Part shown: positions 49,051-58,088 of the stretch, piece by piece
Numbering within the stretch: the first letter of the stretch is position 1
How the letters are laid out: every line of letters starts with the position of its first letter
Origin: an uncultured archaeon
Lineage (GTDB): Archaea > Iainarchaeota > Iainarchaeia > Iainarchaeales > 1-14-0-10-31-34
Direction of reading: 5' to 3'
Length of the DNA stretch: 64,000 nt
NCBI GenBank assembly: GCA_964442255.1
Contig: CAYTYC010000001.1
Location: forward strand, 32,694 to 96,693
The notes under the pieces: model-generated
What the model saw: only the letters and a program-made list of their open reading frames with translations
Databases searched by the model: none
Told to the model about the DNA's origin: nothing
Translations under genes and position numbers: made by a program

Positions 49051-49554
49051 ATGAAACTTTCTTCTTTCGGGATTCGGAGGCGGATTCTGCGCAAAATGGT
49101 GCGGCACAGCCTTTGGGGCGGAAAGCATACGGCTTTTGACAACATCCCAAAAGGCTTTCCAAAGGAGTTGTGGAGAGAGGTAAAGAAAGAGCTGGAACAG
49201 CTTATAAGAGAAGGCTTGGTCGTGAAAAAATTTCCCGGTCTGGTGTNNNNNNNNNNNNNNNNNNNNNNNNNNNNNNNNNNNNNNNNNNNNNNNNNNNNNN
49301 NNNNNNNNNNNNNNNNNNNNNNNNNNNNNNNNNNNNNNNNNNNNNNCGCTCCATGTTTCGTCTCTGGAACAGCTTATAAGAGAAGGCTTGGTCGTGAAAA
49401 AATTTCCCGGTCTGGTGTTCCGCTCCATGTTTCGTCTCTGGAACAGCTTATAAGAGAAGGCTTGGTCGTGAAAAAGCCTACTGGTTATGGGCTGCACGTT
49501 TCACTTAATGTGAGAATGAAGGCGGAGATTGAGGGGATAATTTTTGGGGAATGA
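49051..49554 (+). CDS. Small conserved archaeal protein, mis-assembled across gap
   Basis: WGGKHT...KPTGYGLHVSLN; internal duplicated segment plus N gap. Confidence 0.55.
   Translation: MKLSSFGIRRRILRKMVRHSLWGGKHTAFDNIPKGFPKELWREVKKELEQLIREGLVVKKFPGLVXXXXXXXXXXXXXXXXXXXXXXXXXXXXXXXXXXAPCFVSGTAYKRRLGREKISRSGVPLHVSSLEQLIREGLVVKKPTGYGLHVSLNVRMKAEIEGIIFGE
49247..49346. other. Assembly gap (100 N)
   Basis: run of n. Confidence 1.
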
Positions 49555-49586
49555 TTTGGTGGACGCGGAAAGAAACGGGCTTGAGA

Positions 49587-49907
49587 TTATTTGTCCGGCT
49601 TCGGTGGCTGTTTTTTCTTCTTTTTGTCGTAAACCAAAATTGACAGGCAGGCCAGCAAGTAGGAAACTACAGGGTATACAACCATATGTAAAATAAAAAC
49701 AGCAAATTGGGGTTCAGAATAAAATTTTTGTTCAAAAATCAACCACAAAAGTCCGCCCAAAAATAGGAAAGGGGCTAAAAAAGGCATTGGATACCAGCCA
49801 CTTCCTCCGGGGTCAATGTACATAAATATGGGAAAAGGCGCGACAAAAAAAATTATTAAAAACGCCGAAATTTTTCTTCCATTTGGCTTCAGAAAGTCAA
49901 GATTCAT
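49587..49907 (-). CDS. Small membrane protein
   Basis: 3 hydrophobic segments. Confidence 0.65.
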   Translation of the reverse strand: MNLDFLKPNGRKISAFLIIFFVAPFPIFMYIDPGGSGWYPMPFLAPFLFLGGLLWLIFEQKFYSEPQFAVFILHMVVYPVVSYLLACLSILVYDKKKKKQPPKPDK

Positions 49908-49966
49908 TCTAACTTATATATAAATAATCTTTCAGCCAAACATTTCCTGAAGAAAGGAGGGATTGA

Positions 49967-50482
49967 ATGTCTGCAGAAGGAAAAAAGGTTTTGTTTGTGA
50001 TTGCCCCGGAAAATTTCCGGGACGAGGAATTGTTTCACCCGAAAGAGGAACTGGAAAAGGCTGGCGCAAAAACAGTTATTGCTTCGCTTTCAAGGGGGGA
50101 AAAAACTGGAATGCTTGGCGGGAAGGCTGTAGCGGAACTTTCCGTTGATGAAGTGAATCCTAAGGAATTTGACGCAATCGTTTTCGTGGGCGGAACCGGA
50201 AGCAGCACTTATTTCCAGAACCCAAAGGCGCATGAACTGGCGAAAGCGTTTTTTTCTGCCGGAAAGCCGACTGCCGCTATCTGCATCGCTCCAAGCACTC
50301 TTGCAAACGCGGGCCTGCTGAACGGCAAAAAAGCCACCTCCTATCCAAGCGAAAAAGGAAACCTGGAAAAAAGGGGAGCAAAGTTCACAGCACAAGGGGT
50401 TACAGTGGACGGAAAACTGATTACGGCAGACGGTCCGAAATCTGCAAGGGAATTCGGCAGGAAAATTGCGCAAGCACTTTAA
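49967..50482 (+). CDS. DJ-1/PfpI family protein
   Basis: FRDEE, VFVGG, AAICIAP, ITADGP. Confidence 0.93.
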   Translation: MSAEGKKVLFVIAPENFRDEELFHPKEELEKAGAKTVIASLSRGEKTGMLGGKAVAELSVDEVNPKEFDAIVFVGGTGSSTYFQNPKAHELAKAFFSAGKPTAAICIAPSTLANAGLLNGKKATSYPSEKGNLEKRGAKFTAQGVTVDGKLITADGPKSAREFGRKIAQAL

Positions 50483-50488
50483 AAAAGG

Positions 50489-50566
50489 TGGTGGGAGAGG
50501 AGAGATTTGAACTCTCGACCTCCCGGTTATCAGCCGGATGCGCTAACCAGGCTGCGCCACTCTCCC
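50489..50566 (-). tRNA. tRNA-Ile(GAU), CCA encoded
   Basis: cloverleaf TCCGG-CT-GAT-AA-CCGGG, ends ACCA. Confidence 0.95.
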
Positions 50567-50838
50567 ACAATTATGCGTTAAATTGCTGAAACTAAATAAT
50601 TCGCCAGAATAAGCTTTAAAACAGAATCCGTAAATCCCTTCTCGGGTTCATCAGACTAAATTCTGCCAGGAAAGGAATAAAAAGCTAATGAAGCCGCGAG
50701 GCAGAGTTCTGCCGCTCTTGAACGGCTGGTGAATGCCGTTTCGCGCGGCTTTTAAGGAAAACATTGCCGGAAGCCATAAAGTGCCGGCGCTCCCGAGCGC
50801 CAGGAATCTACTTAATTCTTTTCCAGCACAGTTTTGGC

Positions 50839-51285
50839 ATGGGTCTGCCCAAACTCTTCAGAAGAAAGCCTTCCGCGCTTCACGCTTACAGGGGAATGCG
50901 GGTAAAGCCCTTAAGCCTGGGCGGTTTTCTGGGTTTAAGGGATAACCCCTTAAACAGTTCACTTCCGCTGATTGCAAGGAAACGCATTGTTCCTGCCAGG
51001 GGCGGGGAAAAAATTGTTTTCTCTTTGCATGAAACGGCCCCTGAAAGGGACTGGCTTGGGAGAAAGGTTTTGGCTGAAAGAGGCCCTGTTTCAAGCGTGA
51101 GCCTGTTTGTTCCGGCAGACAAAAGCAGGCCAGCCGCAGGCGGGGCATTCACTGCCCCAAAATACCAGCGCATGGGCCTGGCAAAGCATTTAAGCAGCTT
51201 GAGGGAAAACGAGCTAAGCGCAAGAGGCATAGAAAATTTTTTGCCTGAAGGCAGAATGCGCCAGAGGGGAGAGCCAAAAAGATAG
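50839..51285 (+). CDS. Divergent GNAT-like protein with basic leader
   Basis: TAPKYQRMGLA acetyl-CoA motif. Confidence 0.55.
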   Translation: MGLPKLFRRKPSALHAYRGMRVKPLSLGGFLGLRDNPLNSSLPLIARKRIVPARGGEKIVFSLHETAPERDWLGRKVLAERGPVSSVSLFVPADKSRPAAGGAFTAPKYQRMGLAKHLSSLRENELSARGIENFLPEGRMRQRGEPKR

Positions 51286-51400
51286 GCTGCATAACCTTTA
51301 AATCTTCTTCAACCCTATTTTTATTGTGCATCTTGGGTGCAGCCCCGTAGCCGGGGAACCTTTTAAGAAAAGGTTCGCCAAAAAACAGGCTGCGGAGCAC

Positions 51401-51643
51401 AGCCCCGTAGTCTAGCGGCCAAGGATGCAGGGCTTTGGAAATCAGAACCTGCGGTTCCGATACCTCCCTTAATTTTCGGGGGAGGCGCAGAACCAGGGAT
51501 CCGGTACCTCCCTTAAAACTTTCGCGCGAAGTTTGCACGCGGATACGTCAAGGGTTTTCCCTTTGGTCAACCCTTTATAAATATTTGTGGGAGGTTCTGG
51601 TTGAAGAAACCCTGTGACGGGAGTTCGAATCTCCCCGGGGCTA
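51401..51643 (+). tRNA. tRNA-Gln(UUG) with 170-nt intron at 37/38 (51439-51608)
   Basis: exons form a cloverleaf; BHB with CTTT/GAAG helix and 11-bp intron stem AATCAGAACCT/AGGTTCTGGTT. Confidence 0.92.
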
Positions 51644-52249
51644 TTGCTTTATTGGCGCTATTTTCTTAACAAGCCTTATTTTTTCTGGAAAGGTGTCCCT
51701 TGGAAACCTTTCTATTGCTTTTAGGAGTTCCCCTTCGTTTGGGCTCCGTTCAAGCCCCAGTGAATTGAAAAGCCGCCTTGCCGCCGGGCTTGATTTGAAG
51801 CGTGGCTCCAAAATTCCGCCGTGCTTCAGGAAGAAAGCTATAATGCTCCTGTTTTCCACATTCACCCAAACCCGCCTTACGCCGCTTAACGACAGATGCG
51901 TTTCCATGAGCCTCCACATTACTTCCCCTAGCCCTTTCCTTTGATATTCTTTTTCGATAAGAAAAATTGGCGCCCTCTTTGGACTGCCGCCAACAAATGA
52001 AGCGGAGTTGCCTTGTCTCCGCACTTCAAGCATTCCGATGTCTTCAGGCCGTCTTTCGGAAAAAACCGTTATGTGGTTTGCGGAGGGGTCCAGTTCAAGC
52101 AAAATTTTTTCTCCACCCAATCTATGCGAAAAGTACGCCCAAGAGGGACTCGCTGTAAAGGCTCTTTTCCCAATTGATATTTCTCTTCCTTCAGGCTTAA
52201 CTTGTTTCAAGCCCGCTTGCCTGATCCTGTTCCAACGAAAAGCCGGCAT
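51641..52249 (-). CDS. GNAT acetyltransferase-like protein
   Basis: EKEYQRKGLG, AFFLKHG. Confidence 0.7.
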   Translation of the reverse strand: MPAFRWNRIRQAGLKQVKPEGREISIGKRAFTASPSWAYFSHRLGGEKILLELDPSANHITVFSERRPEDIGMLEVRRQGNSASFVGGSPKRAPIFLIEKEYQRKGLGEVMWRLMETHLSLSGVRRVWVNVENRSIIAFFLKHGGILEPRFKSSPAARRLFNSLGLERSPNEGELLKAIERFPRDTFPEKIRLVKKIAPIKQ

Positions 52250-52304
52250 CTGATTATGCTAGTCCACTAAGCGGCTTAAATTTGTTTTGTTTTAATGATA
52301 CTTT

Positions 52305-52964
52305 ATGATTAAGGCTGTTTTGTTTGACTGGAACGGAACATTGTTTGATGACGTGAAAGCCGCGTTTGCGGGCGCAAATTTTCAGATAAAACAACTCGGC
52401 GGAAAAGAGATTTCCTTTGAGCAGTACAGAAACACTTTCACAATCCCCCTCCCCAAGTTCTTTAAGGCAAACAATGTTCCAACCAATGAATACCTTAAAA
52501 ACCTGGAAAAATACCAGCAGGATTTCTTCGAGTTTTACAGCGAAAAAGGGGAGAACTGCTGCCTGAGGAAAGGGGCAAAAGAGGTTTTACGGGAATTAAA
52601 AAAACGCGGCATAAAGGCCGCGGTTTTAAGCGCGCACCGAAAAAAGGACATCCTGGAAAAGCTGGAGGAATTCGGCATAAGCCATTTAATTGACGCGGTG
52701 GAGGCGGTGGAAGGAAACATCACGGGAATGGCGAAAGGAAAAGAAGCTGACAGGGCACTGAAGGAACTCGGCGTTAAGGCTGAAGAAGCGATCATTGTGG
52801 GCGACGGCCTGCAGGACATTGAGGCAGCAAAAGAACACGGAATGAAGGCAATAAGCATTGGGGGCGGATTCATTTCAGGCGAAAGGCTGAAAAAAGCGGG
52901 AACAGACTATTTTGTGAAGGATTTGGGGGAAGTGCTGGAAATAGTGGAAGAAATTAATTCTTGA
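52305..52964 (+). CDS. HAD-family hydrolase
   Basis: FDWNGTL, VGDGLQDI. Confidence 0.9.
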   Translation: MIKAVLFDWNGTLFDDVKAAFAGANFQIKQLGGKEISFEQYRNTFTIPLPKFFKANNVPTNEYLKNLEKYQQDFFEFYSEKGENCCLRKGAKEVLRELKKRGIKAAVLSAHRKKDILEKLEEFGISHLIDAVEAVEGNITGMAKGKEADRALKELGVKAEEAIIVGDGLQDIEAAKEHGMKAISIGGGFISGERLKKAGTDYFVKDLGEVLEIVEEINS

Positions 52965-52997
52965 GCAGCCTTTTGTTGCAAAATCTTTTTCCTTTCT

Positions 52998-53846
52998 TTA
53001 ATTCATTTTTAGCTTGAATATCAATATCGGCATTTGTCCCGGGATTCCTTGAAACGAGTACTCGTATGATTTCACTGATTCTAGTTCCAAACCCACTTCA
53101 TTTGCTATTCTTATCATGTGTTCTCTTGGTATTTGGTGTGCTTTTAGTTGTTCTGGTGTAGGCTGTTGGTCTCGTTTGAGACCTGAACCTTTTTTGTTGT
53201 GGTGCGGTATCCAGCCGACAACAAAACGAGAAGTTGTCCTTTCTTTAAGCAATTTTTTTTGCTGTTCAAGAGCTTGTTTCAATCCACTCTTTCCAGCCCA
53301 ATGTATTGCATTAAACGTTACTACAAGGTCATATGAATGCTGTGGAAGTCCGGGATTTTCAAGGGTTCCAACGCTGAAATTTACTTGGGCGTCTCCGCAT
53401 TCTTTTTTGATTCTTTGTGCTTCTCTTAATGTTCCTGGTGCAAAATCAGTTGCGTCTATTCTTGTTTTAGGAAAGCTTGTAGCTGCAAAAAGTTCTTGCG
53501 TGCCACTTCCACAACCAGTGCTTGCAACCCTAAACTCGGGTCCAATTCTTTCAGCCATTTTGCGCATTTCCGTTAGTAATGTTTTGCTTATTGCTCTTTC
53601 TGTCCCTTCCTTTTCCAAATACCTGGGGGCGAATTTTGCGGTACTGGAGAAAAAGCGGGCTTCATCTTTTGGCAGGTGTCTTCTTTTTGCTCTAAGAAAT
53701 CTAGTGATAGGAAACAATTGAACTGGTTGATGTCTATGGATAAAATCTATGATGTCTTTATAATTTCTGCCAAGCCTTCCGTTTACCTGTGCTCTCCGTT
53801 TGGGTATTGTTTTGAGGTCTCTAAAACTCTGTATAGCTTCACTCAT
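52998..53846 (-). CDS. Class I SAM-dependent methyltransferase with basic N-terminal extension
   Basis: STGCGSG, DATDF, YDLVVTFNAIHW. Confidence 0.8.
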   Translation of the reverse strand: MSEAIQSFRDLKTIPKRRAQVNGRLGRNYKDIIDFIHRHQPVQLFPITRFLRAKRRHLPKDEARFFSSTAKFAPRYLEKEGTERAISKTLLTEMRKMAERIGPEFRVASTGCGSGTQELFAATSFPKTRIDATDFAPGTLREAQRIKKECGDAQVNFSVGTLENPGLPQHSYDLVVTFNAIHWAGKSGLKQALEQQKKLLKERTTSRFVVGWIPHHNKKGSGLKRDQQPTPEQLKAHQIPREHMIRIANEVGLELESVKSYEYSFQGIPGQMPILIFKLKMN

Positions 53847-53994
53847 TATTCTTTTTGTCCCCCTAAGAAAATTAACGTAAGGATGAATTTAAAGGTTTGT
53901 TTCTTTATGTTTTTTGAGTATAAGTTGGGACTAGACGTTATCCAAGGAAAGTAATAAAAATAGTTGAAGAACTAAATAGTTAGGTGAAAAACTG

Positions 53995-54192
53995 ATGGGC
54001 TTAATGGACAGGTTTAAGGCAAAAAAAGAGGAAATGGAGAAGAAGAAAGCCGGGGAAAGCGCTCCGGAAGGGAAATACGATGAAGCCTGCGCTTTGTGCG
54101 GGGGAGGTGGAACAGAAAAAAAGTGGGCTGGGCAGTACTGGCACAAAAAATGCTACAGAAGGGCAAGAAAAGTCGGGAAAGGAATGATTTAG
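53995..54192 (+). CDS. Small zinc-finger protein
   Basis: CALC...WHKKC; GGTGA RBS. Confidence 0.7.
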   Translation: MGLMDRFKAKKEEMEKKKAGESAPEGKYDEACALCGGGGTEKKWAGQYWHKKCYRRARKVGKGMI

Positions 54193-54300
54193 AAACCCCT
54201 TTCCGGGAATCCCGCCTGTTTCAATGGGCGGAAGAGGGGTTTTCATAAGCAGTTTACGAAAAAAAAAATTTGGCGGATTTTTAACCCGCCGTAGTTTAAT
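54188..54300. mobile_element. Dispersed element family A, copy 3
   Basis: 113 bp, near-identical to 41940-42052. Confidence 0.8.
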
Positions 54301-54973
54301 CTAAAACTTCTGTTTCCCTGTCTTTTCCCACTATAACAGTGCAGTCCCTTGAAAAAATTCCGTTGGCCTTGACTCCGGGCGTTGCATCCAAGCGCTTCTC
54401 CAATTCCTCCGGTGCAGGGACGCCATCCGGAAAATCAAGATAGGCTATCAGGTTTTCGCTTTCGCTCACTTTCCTTTCACCCGCGTCATCCTTCACAAAC
54501 TTTTTTTCGCAGTCCAAATCCGCAAACTCATTGAAAACAAAATCCCTTTTATCCTGTTCAACCTCAATCAGCACAGGTTTGGAGAGCCGCTCCACAATCT
54601 TTCCTTCATCAACCACGACCACAAACTTTTCCGCCCTGTAATCCACTTCCTTTTCCTTCAAAAACGCGTACAGCGTGTTTCCTTTAATCAGCCTCTTTTT
54701 TCCGTCCACTTCATCCGCGCCATCCACCGCCAAATCAATTTTCTTTGCTTTCTCAACCGAAACCAGTTTCAGCCCGACTTTTTCGGCTAGCGCGGCGCTT
54801 TGTTCGGAGGTGGAAACGCATTTTACCCCAAGCCTTGATTTTTTGTTTTTTTCCCCCAAAAGCCTGATGAACTCTTCTGCCGTGCTCCCTGAACCCAGGC
54901 CTACAGTCATTCCCTTTTTCACGTACTCCAGCGCCTTTTTTGCCGCGTTAACTTTCTGATCTTTTTTCCCCAT
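54296..54973 (-). CDS. rpiA: Ribose-5-phosphate isomerase A
   Basis: GLGSGST, DGADEV, LIKG. Confidence 0.92.
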   Translation of the reverse strand: MGKKDQKVNAAKKALEYVKKGMTVGLGSGSTAEEFIRLLGEKNKKSRLGVKCVSTSEQSAALAEKVGLKLVSVEKAKKIDLAVDGADEVDGKKRLIKGNTLYAFLKEKEVDYRAEKFVVVVDEGKIVERLSKPVLIEVEQDKRDFVFNEFADLDCEKKFVKDDAGERKVSESENLIAYLDFPDGVPAPEELEKRLDATPGVKANGIFSRDCTVIVGKDRETEVLD

Positions 54974-54975
54974 TT

Positions 54976-55881
54976 TTATTCCCCCAAAGCGTAGGCCGCG
55001 GCTCCCGCGGCCACAGAATAATCCCCATAACTTGCTTTAATTATTTTGGTTTTGGAGCGGAAAGCCTTGACAATATGCAGGTCAAGCCTTTTTTTTGCTT
55101 TATTTAAAAGCAGCCGGCTGTTGCTTAAGCCTCCCCCCAAAACAATTGCGTCAGGGGAAAAAATGTTCACAAGGTTTCCCAAACCAACTGCAAGATAACC
55201 GCTTAATTCCTCAATTGTCTCCTTTGCGGCCATGTCCCCTTTTTTGGCTTCCCTGTCAATGTCTTTGGGGATTAAATCAGGGTAATTGGATAAAGAGCTT
55301 TTTTGTTTCCGCATTTTGCTTTTTGCGGTTTCCAGAAAAGCTTTTCTGCTCACGTATTCCTCCCAGCAGCCCCTGTTTCCGCAGCCGCATTTTTTTCCCC
55401 CAAAAAAAACGCACAAGTGCCCGAATTCCCCTCCCGGAAGAATTTTCCTGTCAAGCACGATTCCTCCCCCGAGTCCCGTTCCAAGGGTGACGCCCAAAAC
55501 AAGCCTGAACTTTTTTGCCTTTCCCCACACTGATTCCCCCCAAGTCATCAGGTTGGCGTCGTTTTCAACGAAAACCTTTTTGTGCAGATTTTTTTCCAGA
55601 AAACTTTTCAGGTTTGTTCCCTTTAAGGGCTTCAGGTGGGGGGCAAACAATATTTTTCCTTTTCCGTCAACAACCCCCGCAAACCCAACTCCAATCCCTT
55701 TAACCTTTTTGTTTTCTGGAAGCACTTCCCCGACGGCCTTTAAAACGTTTTCCAGGGCCCTCTTTTTTTTCATGCCAGCCCCCGTTTTTGCCTTGAATTT
55801 TTTAATGATTTTTCCGTTTTCACCGGCAAGCACTGCCTTGATGTTTGTGCCGCCGATATCCACTCCAACGGCCAAATTCAT
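54976..55881 (-). CDS. ROK-family sugar kinase
   Basis: DIGGT, ENDAN, GTGLGGG, EFGH, CGCGNRGCWE. Confidence 0.92.
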   Translation of the reverse strand: MNLAVGVDIGGTNIKAVLAGENGKIIKKFKAKTGAGMKKKRALENVLKAVGEVLPENKKVKGIGVGFAGVVDGKGKILFAPHLKPLKGTNLKSFLEKNLHKKVFVENDANLMTWGESVWGKAKKFRLVLGVTLGTGLGGGIVLDRKILPGGEFGHLCVFFGGKKCGCGNRGCWEEYVSRKAFLETAKSKMRKQKSSLSNYPDLIPKDIDREAKKGDMAAKETIEELSGYLAVGLGNLVNIFSPDAIVLGGGLSNSRLLLNKAKKRLDLHIVKAFRSKTKIIKASYGDYSVAAGAAAYALGE

Positions 55882-56861
55882 TTTCTCGCCAAAGCCTTTT
55901 TCAGGTAATCAATGTTTTTAACCGGAAAAGGGTCTGTCCGGGTTTTCATCGCAAGAAAATAGGACACATAGCTTCCGAACTGCAGGAGGCAGAATATTTC
56001 CTCAAAAAAACTTTTTCCTTCAGCCTTTACAACCACTACGGGAAAGCGCCTGAACAATTTTTTCATTGCCCGCACCCGTTTTTGCATTTGCTTGTCCAGT
56101 TTCTTGGGCAAAAGAATTATTACCGCCGCCTTCTTCAACTGCCTGAACCCCACGACCTCGTTGTGGTTCATTTCAGGAAAAGAATTGAAGTGCGCGAAAT
56201 ACTTTGAGTTTTCGTTTAATTCGGTTTGCCATTTTCTGGCCGTACAGCTAATTTCTTCCGGAGCATAAATAAGCGGAATCCTTTCCTTGAGTTTTGCCGC
56301 GATTTTTTGCGCCCTTTTTTTCATTTTCGCCGACTTTTTGTCCAGGCGCAAAATTGTGTCCAGCACGTCGTGTTCCTTTGATTCAATCAATCCCAGCTTC
56401 CTGAAAATTACGATCACTGGCACAGTGAGAAAGCCTCCCGCGCTCCGAGGAGGAAAGCCTTCCGGAAGCAGGATGCAGTTTTTCACTGCCTTTTTCAGTT
56501 TTCCCCCCGAGCAAATCCCTACAACCATTGCGCCCTTTTTTTTTGCTTCTTTCACTCCTGCAAGCGTTTCCTCGGTGTTTCCGGAGTAGCTGACCGCAAT
56601 AAACAATGTGTTCCTGTCCACGTAGGCGGGAATTGAGTAATCCCTGTTTACCTGCAAAGGAATTTTGAGCTCTTTTTTCAGCAGGCATTCCAGTATTTCG
56701 CCCGTTACTCCGCTTCCGCCCATTCCCTGCACGACAAGGTTCCTGAATTTCTTTTTCCTTGCCTTAAAGCTTTCCCCCAACAGCAGGCCTTCAATCATTT
56801 CCACGGGAAGGAAGTCAATTAACTCCAGGTAATTTTTTCCCTTAAACATTGCTTTCCCCAC
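55878..56861 (-). CDS. Bifunctional phosphoglucose/phosphomannose isomerase
   Basis: GMGGSG, SYSGNTEET, NENSK, PEMNHNE. Confidence 0.92.
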   Translation of the reverse strand: MGKAMFKGKNYLELIDFLPVEMIEGLLLGESFKARKKKFRNLVVQGMGGSGVTGEILECLLKKELKIPLQVNRDYSIPAYVDRNTLFIAVSYSGNTEETLAGVKEAKKKGAMVVGICSGGKLKKAVKNCILLPEGFPPRSAGGFLTVPVIVIFRKLGLIESKEHDVLDTILRLDKKSAKMKKRAQKIAAKLKERIPLIYAPEEISCTARKWQTELNENSKYFAHFNSFPEMNHNEVVGFRQLKKAAVIILLPKKLDKQMQKRVRAMKKLFRRFPVVVVKAEGKSFFEEIFCLLQFGSYVSYFLAMKTRTDPFPVKNIDYLKKALARK

Positions 56862-56946
56862 TATTCTTTGGCTTTTAATCCTTTAAAACTTATACTGCTT
56901 ATGGGTTTTATAACCTCTTTTTCCCAATTTCAAGGCTTATTTTGCC

Positions 56947-57789
56947 TCATTTTTCTTCAGGGAGTTGCCCAAGGCGTCTGTAGCTTTCGTATGCGCCCCA
57001 AAGCGCTTGTGCCTCTTTTAACGGGATTTTTCTTTCTCTGGCGGTTTCTTCCAAGGTTTTTTTCCCGTGCATTACCCCCCTAATTAGAACCGTGAGTCTT
57101 GACGCTTCACGGTACTTTAACCCTAAACGCTCTTTAAGCGCGCTTCTTATGAAATCCCGTGCAGCATTGTAAACTTTGTCGTAAATATAGCTTTTAAGAC
57201 TCTTTTTTTGGGGATCATATTTTGTAATCCATCTTGGCAGCAAACCTAAAACGTATGCCTCGAAATCCTTGGATGTTTCCCTCCAAAACCTGTGCTTCAC
57301 GCCGGCTGAGCGTATTGCATTTTTTACGTCAGGCATTGCTTTTGCTTTTAACCTTTCCTGTTGAACTGACAATTCCGGAATTGTTGCTTTCCGCCCCCTT
57401 ATGTCTGGCAACTGCCATCCCTCTTTCCGCATACGATATTTAACCTTGTTAATGGTGGTGATAGAAGCCGTTATTCCATCTTTTTTCAGCATTGCCTTTA
57501 TTTTTGCAGCATTACTCCGGGGATTATAAAAAACTTTTCTCTTAATTTTTGTTCCCATTTCATCCAAATTTGACCTTGGAGACATTTTCCGCACCACAGG
57601 TAACCCAATTCCATTTCTCCTCATTTGCGCCCTAACCTGACGAACAGAACCAATTGTTGTTTCAACTGGTTTTTCCTTGCGCTTAAGCATTTCCCTAATA
57701 TCTGCTGCAATGGTCTCCGGATTACGAAAAATTGCTCTCCTTATTGCGGCATTTTTTGTATCCAACCCCACTCGCCTGCGTGTTCCCAT
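56947..57789 (-). CDS. Orphan protein with two N-terminal HTH-like repeats and sigma-70 region 2/4-like C-terminal half
   Basis: KDFEAYVLGLLPRWITKYDPQKKSLKSYIYDKVYNAARDFIR; TLEETARERKIP; pattern match by eye. Confidence 0.55.
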   Translation of the reverse strand: MGTRRRVGLDTKNAAIRRAIFRNPETIAADIREMLKRKEKPVETTIGSVRQVRAQMRRNGIGLPVVRKMSPRSNLDEMGTKIKRKVFYNPRSNAAKIKAMLKKDGITASITTINKVKYRMRKEGWQLPDIRGRKATIPELSVQQERLKAKAMPDVKNAIRSAGVKHRFWRETSKDFEAYVLGLLPRWITKYDPQKKSLKSYIYDKVYNAARDFIRSALKERLGLKYREASRLTVLIRGVMHGKKTLEETARERKIPLKEAQALWGAYESYRRLGQLPEEK

Positions 57790-58088
57790 GCAAAAAACTA
57801 TCATTAAAGTGGTTAAAATGCCTTTCCTTCATTTCAAGCCTTTTTAATCCGCCAGAATTCTGCGTGGTCTGAAAGGCCCCCGGTCTTTATTTTTTGTGCG
57901 GCGGTTCAGCTGCCTGCTTATTTTTCAAGCAGCCATTTCCACAGGGGCATGAATCTTGCTTTTTGTCCTTGTATTGTTTCAGTGGCTCCATAATTCCGCG
58001 TTATTATGACGAAGTAGCGAAGACTAAAGTCCACACTACTATAATAGAAAGCTTTGTTTGAAAAGCTTTCTATCACACTATAAAGCTT

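Noticed and set aside
49192..49476. 38-bp repeat x3 with 74-bp period, as CRISPR or diversifying repeat
   Set aside because: Lies inside a gene beside an N gap, and the linker is a degraded copy of the true continuation; most likely scaffolding error
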